A DNA stretch of 64,000 nucleotides, from positions 25,158 through 89,157 of the forward strand of contig NZ_JAVKLW010000053.1 of the NCBI RefSeq assembly GCF_031538885.1, given 5' to 3'. Shown in pieces: positions 22,357 through 32,078 of this stretch. Position numbers and translations under genes: made by a program. The notes beneath the pieces are model-generated. The model was not told where the DNA came from and did not search any database. It saw only the letters and a list, made by a program, of their open reading frames with translations. How positions within the stretch are numbered: position 1 is the first letter of the stretch; each line of letters opens with the position of its first letter. The stretch is from Limnohabitans sp. (GTDB lineage: Bacteria > Pseudomonadota > Gammaproteobacteria > Burkholderiales > Burkholderiaceae_C).

Positions 22357-25300
22357 GTGAACGCCTCGACCCAACCCACAAACTTGATACCGCCAACCGT
22401 CGCGTTCACGCTTGACCAACAAACCATCCATGCCTATGAGGGCGAAACTATTTTGAAGGCGGCTCAGCGTCACGGTGTGGACATTCCCCACCTTTGTTAC
22501 AAAGATGGTTTGCGCCCAGACGGCAACTGTCGCGCGTGTGTGGTGGAAATCAAAGGCGAACGCACCTTGGCACCGAGCTGCTGCCGCACGGCGACAGCGG
22601 GTCTTGAAGTGTTGGTGAGCGAGCGTGCGGTGAAGAGCCAGAAGATGGTGTTGGAGATGTTGCTCTCCGACATGCCTGATGTGGGCTACAAGTGGAATGA
22701 CGCTGCTCCCTCTCTCGCTGCTGCGACGGGGGATACGCTAGGCGCCTCATGCGGCGAGCCAAAATCGTTGCCCGGCGCATCCCCCATCGCAGCGGGTGTG
22801 GGCGAGCATGGCGAGCTGAGTGATTGGGCTTCGCGTTTGAATGTGTCGGTGCGTCCAGAGCTGCGTGCGTTGCGACGCGAACAACCCGCATGCGATGTAT
22901 CACACCCTGCCATGGCGGTGAATTTGGATGCATGTATTCAGTGCAACCGTTGTGTGCGAGCCTGCCGTGAAGAGCAAGTCAACGATGTGATTGGCTACGC
23001 CAACCGTGGTGCGCACAGCCAAATCGTGTTTGACTTAGATGATGAGATGGGCCACAGCTCGTGCGTGGCGTGCGGTGAATGTGTGCAAGCGTGCCCCACG
23101 GGCGCGTTGATGCCCAAGACACAGATTGGTTCACAAGTGGTGGACAAAAAAGTGGACTCCGTCTGTCCGTTCTGCGGCGTGGGTTGTTTGCTAACCTACC
23201 ACGTGAAGGACAACACCATTGTCAGCGTGGAGGGCCGCGACGGCCCCGCCAACCACAGCCGCTTGTGTGTGAAAGGTCGTTTTGGCTTCGACTACATCCA
23301 CAACCCCCAGCGTTTGACCGTGCCTTTGATTCGCAAGCCCGGTGTGCCCAAAGACCCAGAGGTTATCGGGCGGCTCAACCGCGATGCCGCAGATTGGTCA
23401 GAGGTCTTCCGTGAAGCGACATGGGAAGAAGCCTTGGCGCTCGGTGCTGGCAAGCTCAAAGACTTGCGCGACATCCATGGCACCAAAGCCTTGGCGGGTT
23501 TGGGTTCAGCCAAAGGCAGCAACGAAGAAGCCTACTTGTTCCAAAAACTGGTGCGCACAGGCTTTGGCTCTAACAACGTGGACCACTGCACGCGTCTGTG
23601 CCACGCCTCTAGCGTGGCCGCACTGCTCGAAGGCGTAGGCTCGGCGGCGGTGAGTAACCAAGTCAACGACGTGGCATATGCGAACTTGATTTTCGTCATC
23701 GGCTCTAACCCGACCGCCAACCACCCTGTGGCCGCCACATGGATGAAGAACGCCGCCAAACGCGGTGCCAAGATTGTGCTGGCCGACCCGCGCATCACCG
23801 ACATTGGCAAGCATGCGTGGCGCACTTTGCAGTTCAAGCCTGACACCGATGTGGCCATGCTCAATGCACTCATTCACACCGTGATTGAAGAAGGCTTGGC
23901 GTATGAAGACTTCATCCGTCATCGTGCCAACAACTACGAGGCCTTGAAAGCAAACGTTCAAGGCTACAGCCCCGAGGCAATGGCTCCGATTTGTGGTGTC
24001 CCTGCTGAGACCCTGCGTGAAGTGGCGCGTGAGTTCGCTAAATCCAAGGGGGCGATGGTGTTGTGGGGCATGGGCGTGAGCCAACACATCCACGGCACTG
24101 ACAACGCCCGTTGTTTGATTGCGTTGGTGACGGTGACAGGGCAAATCGGCAAGCCCGGTTCTGGCTTGCACCCACTGCGCGGACAAAACAATGTGCAGGG
24201 CGCCAGCGATGCAGGCCTCATTCCCATGATGTACCCCAACTACCAACGCGTCACTAACAAGGCCGCACACGATTGGTTTGAAAAGTTCTGGGACATGCCG
24301 TTGGACGACAAGCCTGGCTACACCGTGGTCGAGATCATGCACAAAGCTTTGGCCGATGACAGCGACCCGCACAAAGTGCGCGGCATGTACATCATGGGTG
24401 AGAACCCCGCTATGAGCGACCCTGATTTGAACCATGCGCGTCATGCCTTGGCCTCGTTAGAGCATTTGGTGGTGCAAGACATCTTCATGACCGAAACCGC
24501 TTGGCTCGCCGACGTGGTGCTGCCTGCCACCGCATGGCCTGAAAAAACAGGCACGGTCAGCAATACTGACCGCATGGTGCAGCTGGGCCAACAAGCGATC
24601 GACCCACCCGGTCAAGCCAAGTCCGATTTGTGGATCATTCAGAAAATTGCCCAAAGAATTGGCCCTCATGCACCACCGCTGCATGGCTTGTCGCCTGCGC
24701 AGGGGCAGCCGGGTGGCGGGCGTGCCCTCGCGTTTGGCTACCAAGGTGAACACTGTGGCGTGGCCGAGGTCTACGAAGAAATGCGCCTAGCCATGCATGC
24801 GGTCATCAGTGGCATCACATGGGCGCGTTTGCAGCGCGAATCCAGCGTGACCTACCCTTGCTTGAGTGAGGTGGATCCAGGTTCTCCCACCGTCTTCACA
24901 TCACACTTTGACACCGACGATGGTCGTGTGCATTTGGTACCCGCAGACATCATTCCCGCAGACGAGCGTCCTGACCGCGACTATCCCTTTGTGCTCATCA
25001 CAGGTCGTCAACTTGAGCACTGGCACACAGGCAGCATGACGCGCCGTGCCACGGTGCTCGATGCGATTGAGCCGATGGCAACGGCCTCTATGTGTGGTGC
25101 GGACATGCAGCGCTTGAAGGTGGGGGCAGGGGATGTCATCACCATCGCCTCGCGTCGTGGTCATGTGACCTTGCATGTGCGTCGCGACGACGGAACGCCC
25201 CAGGGCGCAGTGTTCGTCCCGTTTGCGTACTACGAAGCTGCCGCCAATTTGATGACCAATGCAGCGCTTGATCCGTTCGGGAAAATCCCCGAGTTCAAGT

Positions 25301-25368
25301 ACTGTGCGGTGGCTATTCAGGCAGGTGGTGATTTGCCGCTGCATGCGGGTTTTGGCGTGAATGCTTGA
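22357..25368 (+). CDS. Formate dehydrogenase alpha subunit (molybdo/tungsto-bis-PGD, Cys ligand)
   Basis: CRACVV, CIQCNRCVRAC, CVACGECVQACP, CPFCGVGC, DHCTRLCH, LRGQNNVQG. Confidence 0.93.
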   Translation: MNASTQPTNLIPPTVAFTLDQQTIHAYEGETILKAAQRHGVDIPHLCYKDGLRPDGNCRACVVEIKGERTLAPSCCRTATAGLEVLVSERAVKSQKMVLEMLLSDMPDVGYKWNDAAPSLAAATGDTLGASCGEPKSLPGASPIAAGVGEHGELSDWASRLNVSVRPELRALRREQPACDVSHPAMAVNLDACIQCNRCVRACREEQVNDVIGYANRGAHSQIVFDLDDEMGHSSCVACGECVQACPTGALMPKTQIGSQVVDKKVDSVCPFCGVGCLLTYHVKDNTIVSVEGRDGPANHSRLCVKGRFGFDYIHNPQRLTVPLIRKPGVPKDPEVIGRLNRDAADWSEVFREATWEEALALGAGKLKDLRDIHGTKALAGLGSAKGSNEEAYLFQKLVRTGFGSNNVDHCTRLCHASSVAALLEGVGSAAVSNQVNDVAYANLIFVIGSNPTANHPVAATWMKNAAKRGAKIVLADPRITDIGKHAWRTLQFKPDTDVAMLNALIHTVIEEGLAYEDFIRHRANNYEALKANVQGYSPEAMAPICGVPAETLREVAREFAKSKGAMVLWGMGVSQHIHGTDNARCLIALVTVTGQIGKPGSGLHPLRGQNNVQGASDAGLIPMMYPNYQRVTNKAAHDWFEKFWDMPLDDKPGYTVVEIMHKALADDSDPHKVRGMYIMGENPAMSDPDLNHARHALASLEHLVVQDIFMTETAWLADVVLPATAWPEKTGTVSNTDRMVQLGQQAIDPPGQAKSDLWIIQKIAQRIGPHAPPLHGLSPAQGQPGGGRALAFGYQGEHCGVAEVYEEMRLAMHAVISGITWARLQRESSVTYPCLSEVDPGSPTVFTSHFDTDDGRVHLVPADIIPADERPDRDYPFVLITGRQLEHWHTGSMTRRATVLDAIEPMATASMCGADMQRLKVGAGDVITIASRRGHVTLHVRRDDGTPQGAVFVPFAYYEAAANLMTNAALDPFGKIPEFKYCAVAIQAGGDLPLHAGFGVNA

Positions 25369-25371
25369 GGC

Positions 25372-25634
25372 TCAACAACTCGTCGGCAGATTTGGCATAG
25401 CTGAACGTGGCGGTACGCACACCTAGACCCACCGCCACATCACGGATGCGTTCACGGTTCATGGTCAGGTTGGCAGCGCGGCTTCGTTCAACATGCTGAA
25501 CACGCTGCATTCATCAGCCACTTGCATGGCGGGTGCACCTGCATAGCTTTCGCAGGACACGACGTAGCAGCCCAAGCGCTTCGCGCTGATGACGAATTCT
25601 TTGCCAAGCTCACCAGAGCCCAAGAGAAGGTTTT
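25372..25634 (-). pseudogene. purT: purT remnant (formate-dependent GAR transformylase)
   Basis: [22 protein letters not shown] in one frame, then [20 protein letters not shown] in another; no start codon, internal deletion, 3' part missing. Confidence 0.8.
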
Positions 25635-26645
25635 TTATAAAGCGTGGTAGCTCGTCACACGGGCTACTTCGTTCTTCGAGCCTAAGATGACGCTCACACG
25701 TTGGTGAAGTTCGGTGGGTTGAATGTCCAAGATGCGCTGCTGTCCGTTGGTGGATGCGCCACCGGCTTGCTCGATCAACCAGCTCATGGGGTTGGCCTCG
25801 TACATCAGGCGCAGCTTGCCAGCTTTGCCGGGTTCGCGCTTGTCCCAGGGGTACATGAACACGCCACCGCGTGTGAGGATGCGGTGTACATCGGCCACCA
25901 TCGAAGCAATCCAACGCATGTTGAAGTTTTTGCCACGTGGTCCTTCAACACCTTGCAAACACTCGTCGATATAGCGCTTCACAGGCTCGTCCCAATGGCG
26001 CATGTTGCTCATGTTGATGGCGAACTCTTGGGTATCGGCAGGCACTTTGACGTTTTCATGCGTCAGCACGAAAGAGCCTTGCTCGCGGTCCAAGGTGAAC
26101 ATGGCCACGCCGTCCCCCACGGTCAACACCAAAGTGGTTTGTGGACCATACACGCAATAGCCTGCGGCCACTTGCTGGGTGCCAGGTTGCAAGAAGTCTT
26201 CCTCGCTCACGCCTTTGCTGGGGTCTACTTTTTTGAGCACGCTGAAGATGGTGCCAATGCTGACGTTGACTTCGATGTTGCTAGAGCCATCGAGGGGGTC
26301 AAACATCAACAGGTATTCGCCTTGGGGGTAGCGGTTGGGCACGACGTGGATGCTGTCCATTTCTTCGGACGCCATGGCAGCCAAGTGACCGCCCCATTCG
26401 TTGGCTTCAATCAACACATCGTTGGCGATGATGTCGAGTTTCTTTTGCACTTCGCCTTGCACGTTTTCGCTGCTAGCCGAGCCCATGACGTCGCCGAGTT
26501 CGCTGCCCAAAGCGCCTTTGTTGACGGCATGGCTGATGCTTTTGCAAGCACGTGCCACGACTTCGAGCAACAAACGCAGCTCAGAGGGGATGAGGCCTTT
26601 GGCACGTTGTTGTTCGACCAGATAGCGGGTGAGGGAAACAGGCAT
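25635..26645 (-). CDS. fbp: Fructose-1,6-bisphosphatase class 1
   Basis: [41 protein letters not shown]. Confidence 0.97.
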   Translation of the reverse strand: MPVSLTRYLVEQQRAKGLIPSELRLLLEVVARACKSISHAVNKGALGSELGDVMGSASSENVQGEVQKKLDIIANDVLIEANEWGGHLAAMASEEMDSIHVVPNRYPQGEYLLMFDPLDGSSNIEVNVSIGTIFSVLKKVDPSKGVSEEDFLQPGTQQVAAGYCVYGPQTTLVLTVGDGVAMFTLDREQGSFVLTHENVKVPADTQEFAINMSNMRHWDEPVKRYIDECLQGVEGPRGKNFNMRWIASMVADVHRILTRGGVFMYPWDKREPGKAGKLRLMYEANPMSWLIEQAGGASTNGQQRILDIQPTELHQRVSVILGSKNEVARVTSYHAL

Positions 26646-26654
26646 GGCAAGTCC

Positions 26655-29372
26655 TTAGTTGGCGAGCGCGCGCGAGACCACTTCGCGCACATCGTTGCTT
26701 AAATCGGTTTTGGCGGCGATGCGTTGGATGGCTTCGTGCGCAGCGCTGCGGTAGGGCTCGGCCAGTTTGCGCCAACGGTCTAAGGCGCGTGCCAAACGGG
26801 CGGCGACTTGGGGGTTGATGGCATCGAGCTCCAACACGCGTTCGCTCCAAAACACATAGCCTGCGGCATCGGTGCGGTGGAAGGCGCCGGGGTTGGCACT
26901 ACAAAAGCTGAAGATCAAGCTGCGTGCGCGGTTGGGATTCTTGAGGTTGAAGTCAGGGTGCTGCATGAGGTGGCGCACCAAGGGCAATACGTTGCCACCA
27001 CGGTCGGTGCTGCCTGCTTGCAGGGCAAACCATTTGTCCATCACCAAGGCTTCGCGTGAGAACAAGTTGTAAAAGCGTTGCAGCGCGTCGCTCGCCAAGG
27101 TGTGCCCAGCTTGAACCAGTGCGCTCAAGGCATTGAAGCGGTCGGTCATGTTGTGGGCATCTTGGAAGCACTGGTAGGTGCGCTCAGGCCACACCACGTC
27201 ACCGGTGGTGCGTGCGTCCAAGCACAACATGGCGAGGGCCATGCCGCTCAAGGCGCGGCGACCACTTGACACGGGGTCGGGGCTGAAAGCGCCGTTCTCA
27301 CTATGCGCTTCAAAAGCCCAAGCCCAGTCGTCGTGCAACTCGCGGGCGAGCTGCGCGCGCATGGTTTCGCGCACGGCGTGGATGCGTTGTGGGTCGACCA
27401 CATCGAGTTGTTCGGCGATGTAGGTTTCAGAGGGCAGTGTGAGTACCAAGTCTTTGAACGCGGCGTCTAAAGCTGGGTTGCGCAGCACGGTGCGCAGGGC
27501 TTGCATCAACGCGGCATCCAACACGTGGGTAGGTCCCTCGCTGGCAGCCACAGCAGTGAGTGCTGCGTTCAGACACAGGCGTTGTACCGCTTCCCATTGG
27601 TTGAATGGGTCGGTGTCGTGCGCGAGGAGCGTGAGCAGTTGCGTGGGCGTGAAGTCTTTCTCCAGCATCACCGGTGCGCTGAAACCACGCAAGATGGACG
27701 GCACGGGTTCTTCACCCGCTTGCAACGACAAGTCTTTGAACTCAAAGCTTTGAGTGGCTTCGGTAAGTACGAGCAGTTGGCTGGGCAAGACCTCACGGCC
27801 ATCAGCACCCAGCAAGCCAAATTGCACGGGAATGACAAAAGGCTCTTTGTGGTCTTGGCCGGGACCGGGTGGGCAGCTTTGGCTCAGGTTCAGTGTGTAG
27901 CTGCGTGTGTCGGCGTTGTAACTGCCAGCGGCTTGCACACGGGGTGTGCCCGCCTGTGCGTACCAGCGCTTGAACTGTGTCAAGTGCGTGGCGAGCGCAG
28001 AGCCGGGGTTGGCATCGGCAATCGCTTGGGCAAAGTCGTCGCACGTCACGGCTTGACCATCGTGGCGCTCGAAGTACAGCGACATGCCTTTGGCGAAGCC
28101 TTCACGAGACGTCAAGGTTTGCATCATGCGCACTACCTCAGCGCCTTTTTCGTAAATCGTGACGGTGTAGAAGTTGTTGATCTCGACATAGCTGTCAGGA
28201 CGCACGGGGTGAGCCATGGGGCCTGCGTCTTCTGGGAACTGCGCGGTGCGCAGCAAGCGCACGTCTTCGATGCGTTTGACGGCTTTGGCTGAGGCCGCAA
28301 CAAAGTCATTGTGCGCGGTGTTGCCATGTGAATTGGCTTTCAATGCTTCGGCGGCCAAGTCTTGACTGAACTCTTGGTCGCGGAAAACGGTGAGGCCTTC
28401 TTTGAGCGAAAGCTGGAACCAGTCGCGGCAAGTCACGCGGTTGCCAGTCCAGTTGTGGAAGTACTCGTGGCCGACCACGCTTTCGATGTTGGCGTAGTCC
28501 ATGTCGGTGGCGGTGGCCGAGTTGGCCAGCACAAACTTGGTGTTGAAGATGTTGAGGCCCTTGTTCTCCATCGCGCCCATGTTGAAGTCGCTGGTGGCGA
28601 CGATCATGAAGCGCTCGAGGTCGAGGCTCAAGTTAAAGCGCTGTTCGTCCCACTTGATGCTGGCCATGAGCGAGTTCATGGCGTGTTCGGTTTTGTCCAA
28701 ATCGCCCGAACGCACAAACACTTGCAGCACATGTTCTTTGCCCGATGGCGCTTTGACACGCTGTTCGCGGCAGACAAACTGGCCTGCGACCAAGGCAAAC
28801 AAGTAGCAAGGCTTTTTGTGAGGATCGACCCAGCGGGCGAAGTGGCGGCCGTCTTCGAGCAAACCTTCGTCCATCAAGTTGCCGTTGCTCAGCAGCACGG
28901 GGAAGGCTTTTTTGTCAGCCCGCAGGGTGACGCTGTAGTGAGACATCACATCGGGGCGGTCCAAGAAATACGTGATGCGTCGAAAGCCCTCGGCCTCACA
29001 CTGAGTGAAGAACGAGTCGTTGCTGACGTACAAGCCCGAGAGCATGGTGTTCTTGGCAGGCAAGCAGGTGGTGAAGATTTCCAGCGTGAAAGGCGCGTGG
29101 CCTTCGGGCAAGTTTTCCAGCACCAACTGGCTGCCGTCCATCTTGAACGAGGTGCCTTGGCCGTTGACCAAGACGCGTGCCAAGTTGAGTTCGTCGCCAT
29201 CCAAGCGCAGAGGCTGAGCCGCCACGTCGGGGTTGCGGCGCACACGCATGTGGTTGAGCACGCGGGTCTTGGCGGGGTCTAAATCAAACGTCAGATCGAC
29301 GGTGTCAATCCAAAACGCGGGCGCTGTGTAGTCTGCGCGTTGAATCAATGGGGCTGTGCCTTCACGGTGCAT
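26655..29372 (-). CDS. pepN: Aminopeptidase N
   Basis: TQCEAEGFRRITY, GAMENKGLN, HEYFHNWTGNRVTCRDWFQLSLKEG. Confidence 0.97.
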   Translation of the reverse strand: MHREGTAPLIQRADYTAPAFWIDTVDLTFDLDPAKTRVLNHMRVRRNPDVAAQPLRLDGDELNLARVLVNGQGTSFKMDGSQLVLENLPEGHAPFTLEIFTTCLPAKNTMLSGLYVSNDSFFTQCEAEGFRRITYFLDRPDVMSHYSVTLRADKKAFPVLLSNGNLMDEGLLEDGRHFARWVDPHKKPCYLFALVAGQFVCREQRVKAPSGKEHVLQVFVRSGDLDKTEHAMNSLMASIKWDEQRFNLSLDLERFMIVATSDFNMGAMENKGLNIFNTKFVLANSATATDMDYANIESVVGHEYFHNWTGNRVTCRDWFQLSLKEGLTVFRDQEFSQDLAAEALKANSHGNTAHNDFVAASAKAVKRIEDVRLLRTAQFPEDAGPMAHPVRPDSYVEINNFYTVTIYEKGAEVVRMMQTLTSREGFAKGMSLYFERHDGQAVTCDDFAQAIADANPGSALATHLTQFKRWYAQAGTPRVQAAGSYNADTRSYTLNLSQSCPPGPGQDHKEPFVIPVQFGLLGADGREVLPSQLLVLTEATQSFEFKDLSLQAGEEPVPSILRGFSAPVMLEKDFTPTQLLTLLAHDTDPFNQWEAVQRLCLNAALTAVAASEGPTHVLDAALMQALRTVLRNPALDAAFKDLVLTLPSETYIAEQLDVVDPQRIHAVRETMRAQLARELHDDWAWAFEAHSENGAFSPDPVSSGRRALSGMALAMLCLDARTTGDVVWPERTYQCFQDAHNMTDRFNALSALVQAGHTLASDALQRFYNLFSREALVMDKWFALQAGSTDRGGNVLPLVRHLMQHPDFNLKNPNRARSLIFSFCSANPGAFHRTDAAGYVFWSERVLELDAINPQVAARLARALDRWRKLAEPYRSAAHEAIQRIAAKTDLSNDVREVVSRALAN

Positions 29373-29380
29373 AAATAACC

Positions 29381-30485
29381 TCAAATTCCTTGCTTGAGTG
29401 ACGCTTCGATGAACGCATCGAGGTCGCCATCCAAGACTTTTTGTGTGGCCGAGACTTCAACGTTGGTGCGCAAGTCTTTGATGCGGCTGTTGTCCAGCAC
29501 GTAGCTGCGAATTTGGTGACCCCAGCCCACATCGGTCTTGGTGTCTTCGAGTTTTTGTTGCTCTTCTTGGCGCTTGCGCATCTCGAAGTCATACAAGCGT
29601 GAGCGCAGGCGCTTCCACGCCACGTCGCGGTTGCTGTGTTGGCTGCGGCCGTCTTGACACTGCACCACGATGCCTGTGGGGAGGTGGGTCAAACGCACGG
29701 CCGAGTCGGTCTTGTTGATGTGTTGCCCCCCCGCGCCCGAGGCACGGTAGGTGTCGGTGCGCACATCCGATGGGTTGATGTCAATCTCGATGGAGTCATC
29801 AATTTCGGGGTACACAAACACCGAGGCAAACGAGGTGTGGCGACCGCCCGAGCTGTCAAAAGGCGACTTGCGCACCAAACGGTGCACGCCGGTTTCGGTG
29901 CGCAGCAAACCAAACGCGTATTCGCCTTCGATCTTGATGGTGGCGCCCTTGATGCCTGCCACGTCGCCAGGTGACTCGTCTTCCACCGTGGTTTTGAAGC
30001 CTTTGCGTTCGGCGTATTTCAGGTATTGGCGCAGCAACATGCTGGCCCAGTCGCAGGCCTCTGTGCCGCCTGCGCCAGCTTGGATGTCCAAAAAACAATT
30101 CAGTGGGTCGGCCTCGTTGCTGAACATGCGGCGGAATTCGAGCTCTTCGATGGTTTTGACCAAGCCTTGGGTGTCGGCTTCGATGGTCAGCAAGCCGTCT
30201 TCGTCGTTGTCGGCTTTGCTCATTTCAAACAACTCGGCGTTGTCTTCCAGCTCTTGGGTCAGGCGGGTGAGGGTGACGACCACGCCGTCGAGGGCTTTTT
30301 TCTCACGACCCAGCTCTTGTGCTTTTTTGGGGTCGTTCCAAATGGTGGGGTCTTCTAGAGACGCATTAACGGTGCGAAGGCGTTCAGCTTTGGCATCGTA
30401 GTCAAAGATACCTCCGCAGATCTACCGTGCGCACGCTCAGGTCGGCGAGGGTAGATCCAATGAGGTTGATGCGTTCTGCTTCCAT
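29381..30485 (-). CDS. prfB: Peptide chain release factor 2 with programmed +1 frameshift
   Basis: ATG 30485, [12 protein letters not shown], then CTT TGA C at 30407-30401 behind an internal SD-like GGAGG; SPF and GGQ motifs in the new frame. Confidence 0.97.
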
Positions 30486-30546
30486 GATGCGGTCTTCTTT
30501 ATGTGTCTAGAGGAAACCGCAGATTTTCTCACGTTCAGACCCGTTC

Positions 30547-31098
30547 TCAGAAGTTGCGTGCGTAGGCGAACAAAAGCCCAGCATTGCCGAGCAAAAAGAC
30601 CTGTGCCGAGTCGTTGGGGGTGATGGTGTAACCCAGCGACGGAATGATGGCAGGTGCAATGCCCATTTGGTTGAATGGAATCTTGTCTTTGTATTCGCCG
30701 CGATAGCCGTACAAAAGACCCGCAGACACTTTGGTGAAGAGTTTTGGGTTACCCCAAATGCCATCCCACTGTTGGCCGACATAGACGTAGGTCGAGCCTT
30801 GACCGAATGAGTTGGTGAACAAGGCCATGCCACAGAAACGACCGCCGCTGACATGGCTGTCCAAAGCGCCCAACATGACTTGCTTGTGTTCCGGGCTGTA
30901 ATGCCAGTGGTGGGTGTAGGGGGAGAGGGTGAGGTCCCACTTTTTGGCGGGTTGCGCACCGCCTTCAACCGCCAAGCTGTCTGGGCAAGGCTGCAGGTCG
31001 TAAAGGTTGCTGTCAGCCGCTTGTACCGATGTTGCCCCCCAAACGCCAGCAAACATAAGAGACAGTAGCAGCGTACGCAGTTTGTGTTGGAAAAACAT
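30547..31098 (-). CDS. Exported protein, probable small outer-membrane beta-barrel
   Basis: Signal peptide (..ATSVQA), alternating strand pattern, NSFGQ motif, C-terminal F. Confidence 0.6.
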   Translation of the reverse strand: MFFQHKLRTLLLSLMFAGVWGATSVQAADSNLYDLQPCPDSLAVEGGAQPAKKWDLTLSPYTHHWHYSPEHKQVMLGALDSHVSGGRFCGMALFTNSFGQGSTYVYVGQQWDGIWGNPKLFTKVSAGLLYGYRGEYKDKIPFNQMGIAPAIIPSLGYTITPNDSAQVFLLGNAGLLFAYARNF

Positions 31099-31147
31099 CG
31101 GTTGAATTTAGTTTCTAAGAACAGAATCGTATCTGCTTTCGTTCGTC

Positions 31148-32053
31148 TCATGCCTTGAGAAAACGCTCCACCCAACGTGCCAATGCTTCTGGCTGGTCGT
31201 GGTGCAGCATGTGGCCTGCGTCGTCTATGACGGCGTGGGTGAGGTGGGGGATGGCGGCAATGCGCTGCATGAACTCGGCCTGTGTGTAGCTGTCTTTCCA
31301 CCATGACTGCATGCTGTCGCTGCTAGCCACCACGCACAGCGTGGGGGCGGTGATGCGTTCGTAAATGGCTTGGGTTTCATCGGTTTTGAACAGTTGGGCA
31401 TTCACCACTTTGTGTGCCGCATGGCCCAAGATGCGCCATTCGCCTTGGTCGTTGGCGCGCGCCCAGTGTTGCGCTAGCCAATGGGCTTTGTCCGTGCCCA
31501 AGCGGGGGTTGGTTTTGATGAGGCGTTGTGCGACGGCCTCTAGGCTGACATAGGGCTTGAGGTACATCTCACCACGTGTCTGTGCTTTGACTTCGTCCAT
31601 CCATTTGGCCAAGCGTGTGGGGGCTTGGCTGGGTCTGGTGGCGGGCATACCAAAGCCTTCGAGGTTGATGAGTTTCTTCACTCGCTCAGGCCGCACGCCT
31701 GCATAGAGGGTGGCCACATGGCCACCCATGCTGTGGCCCAGCAGGTGGACAGGGCGCGCACCCACGTAGTGGTCCAGCAGTTGGTCTAAGTCGGCCAGAT
31801 AGTCTGGGAACCAGAAGTTGTCGGTGTGGGGTGTCTCTGTCAGCCCAAAGCCGCGCCAATCAGGGGCGATCACCCAATGGTTGTTTTGCAGTGCATCCAC
31901 CACGAACTGGAACGAGGCCGCCACATCCATCCAGCCATGGACCATGACCAGTGGTGTTGTGTCGGGAGAGAGCGTGCCCCATTGACGGACGTGGTAACGC
32001 AGGTGACGGATAGGGATAAATTCGCTGTGTGAATGCTTTTGAATTGAGTACAT
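31148..32053 (-). CDS. Alpha/beta hydrolase
   Basis: HGWMD, APDWRGFG, GHSMGG nucleophile elbow, AGHMLHHDQP. Confidence 0.9.
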   Translation of the reverse strand: MYSIQKHSHSEFIPIRHLRYHVRQWGTLSPDTTPLVMVHGWMDVAASFQFVVDALQNNHWVIAPDWRGFGLTETPHTDNFWFPDYLADLDQLLDHYVGARPVHLLGHSMGGHVATLYAGVRPERVKKLINLEGFGMPATRPSQAPTRLAKWMDEVKAQTRGEMYLKPYVSLEAVAQRLIKTNPRLGTDKAHWLAQHWARANDQGEWRILGHAAHKVVNAQLFKTDETQAIYERITAPTLCVVASSDSMQSWWKDSYTQAEFMQRIAAIPHLTHAVIDDAGHMLHHDQPEALARWVERFLKA

Positions 32054-32078
32054 TGAACGCATCATAAGGACACGAGAC

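Noticed and set aside
23560-23620. Selenocysteine in the FDH alpha subunit
   Set aside because: The ligand position is Cys (DHCTRLCH) and the frame has no internal TGA
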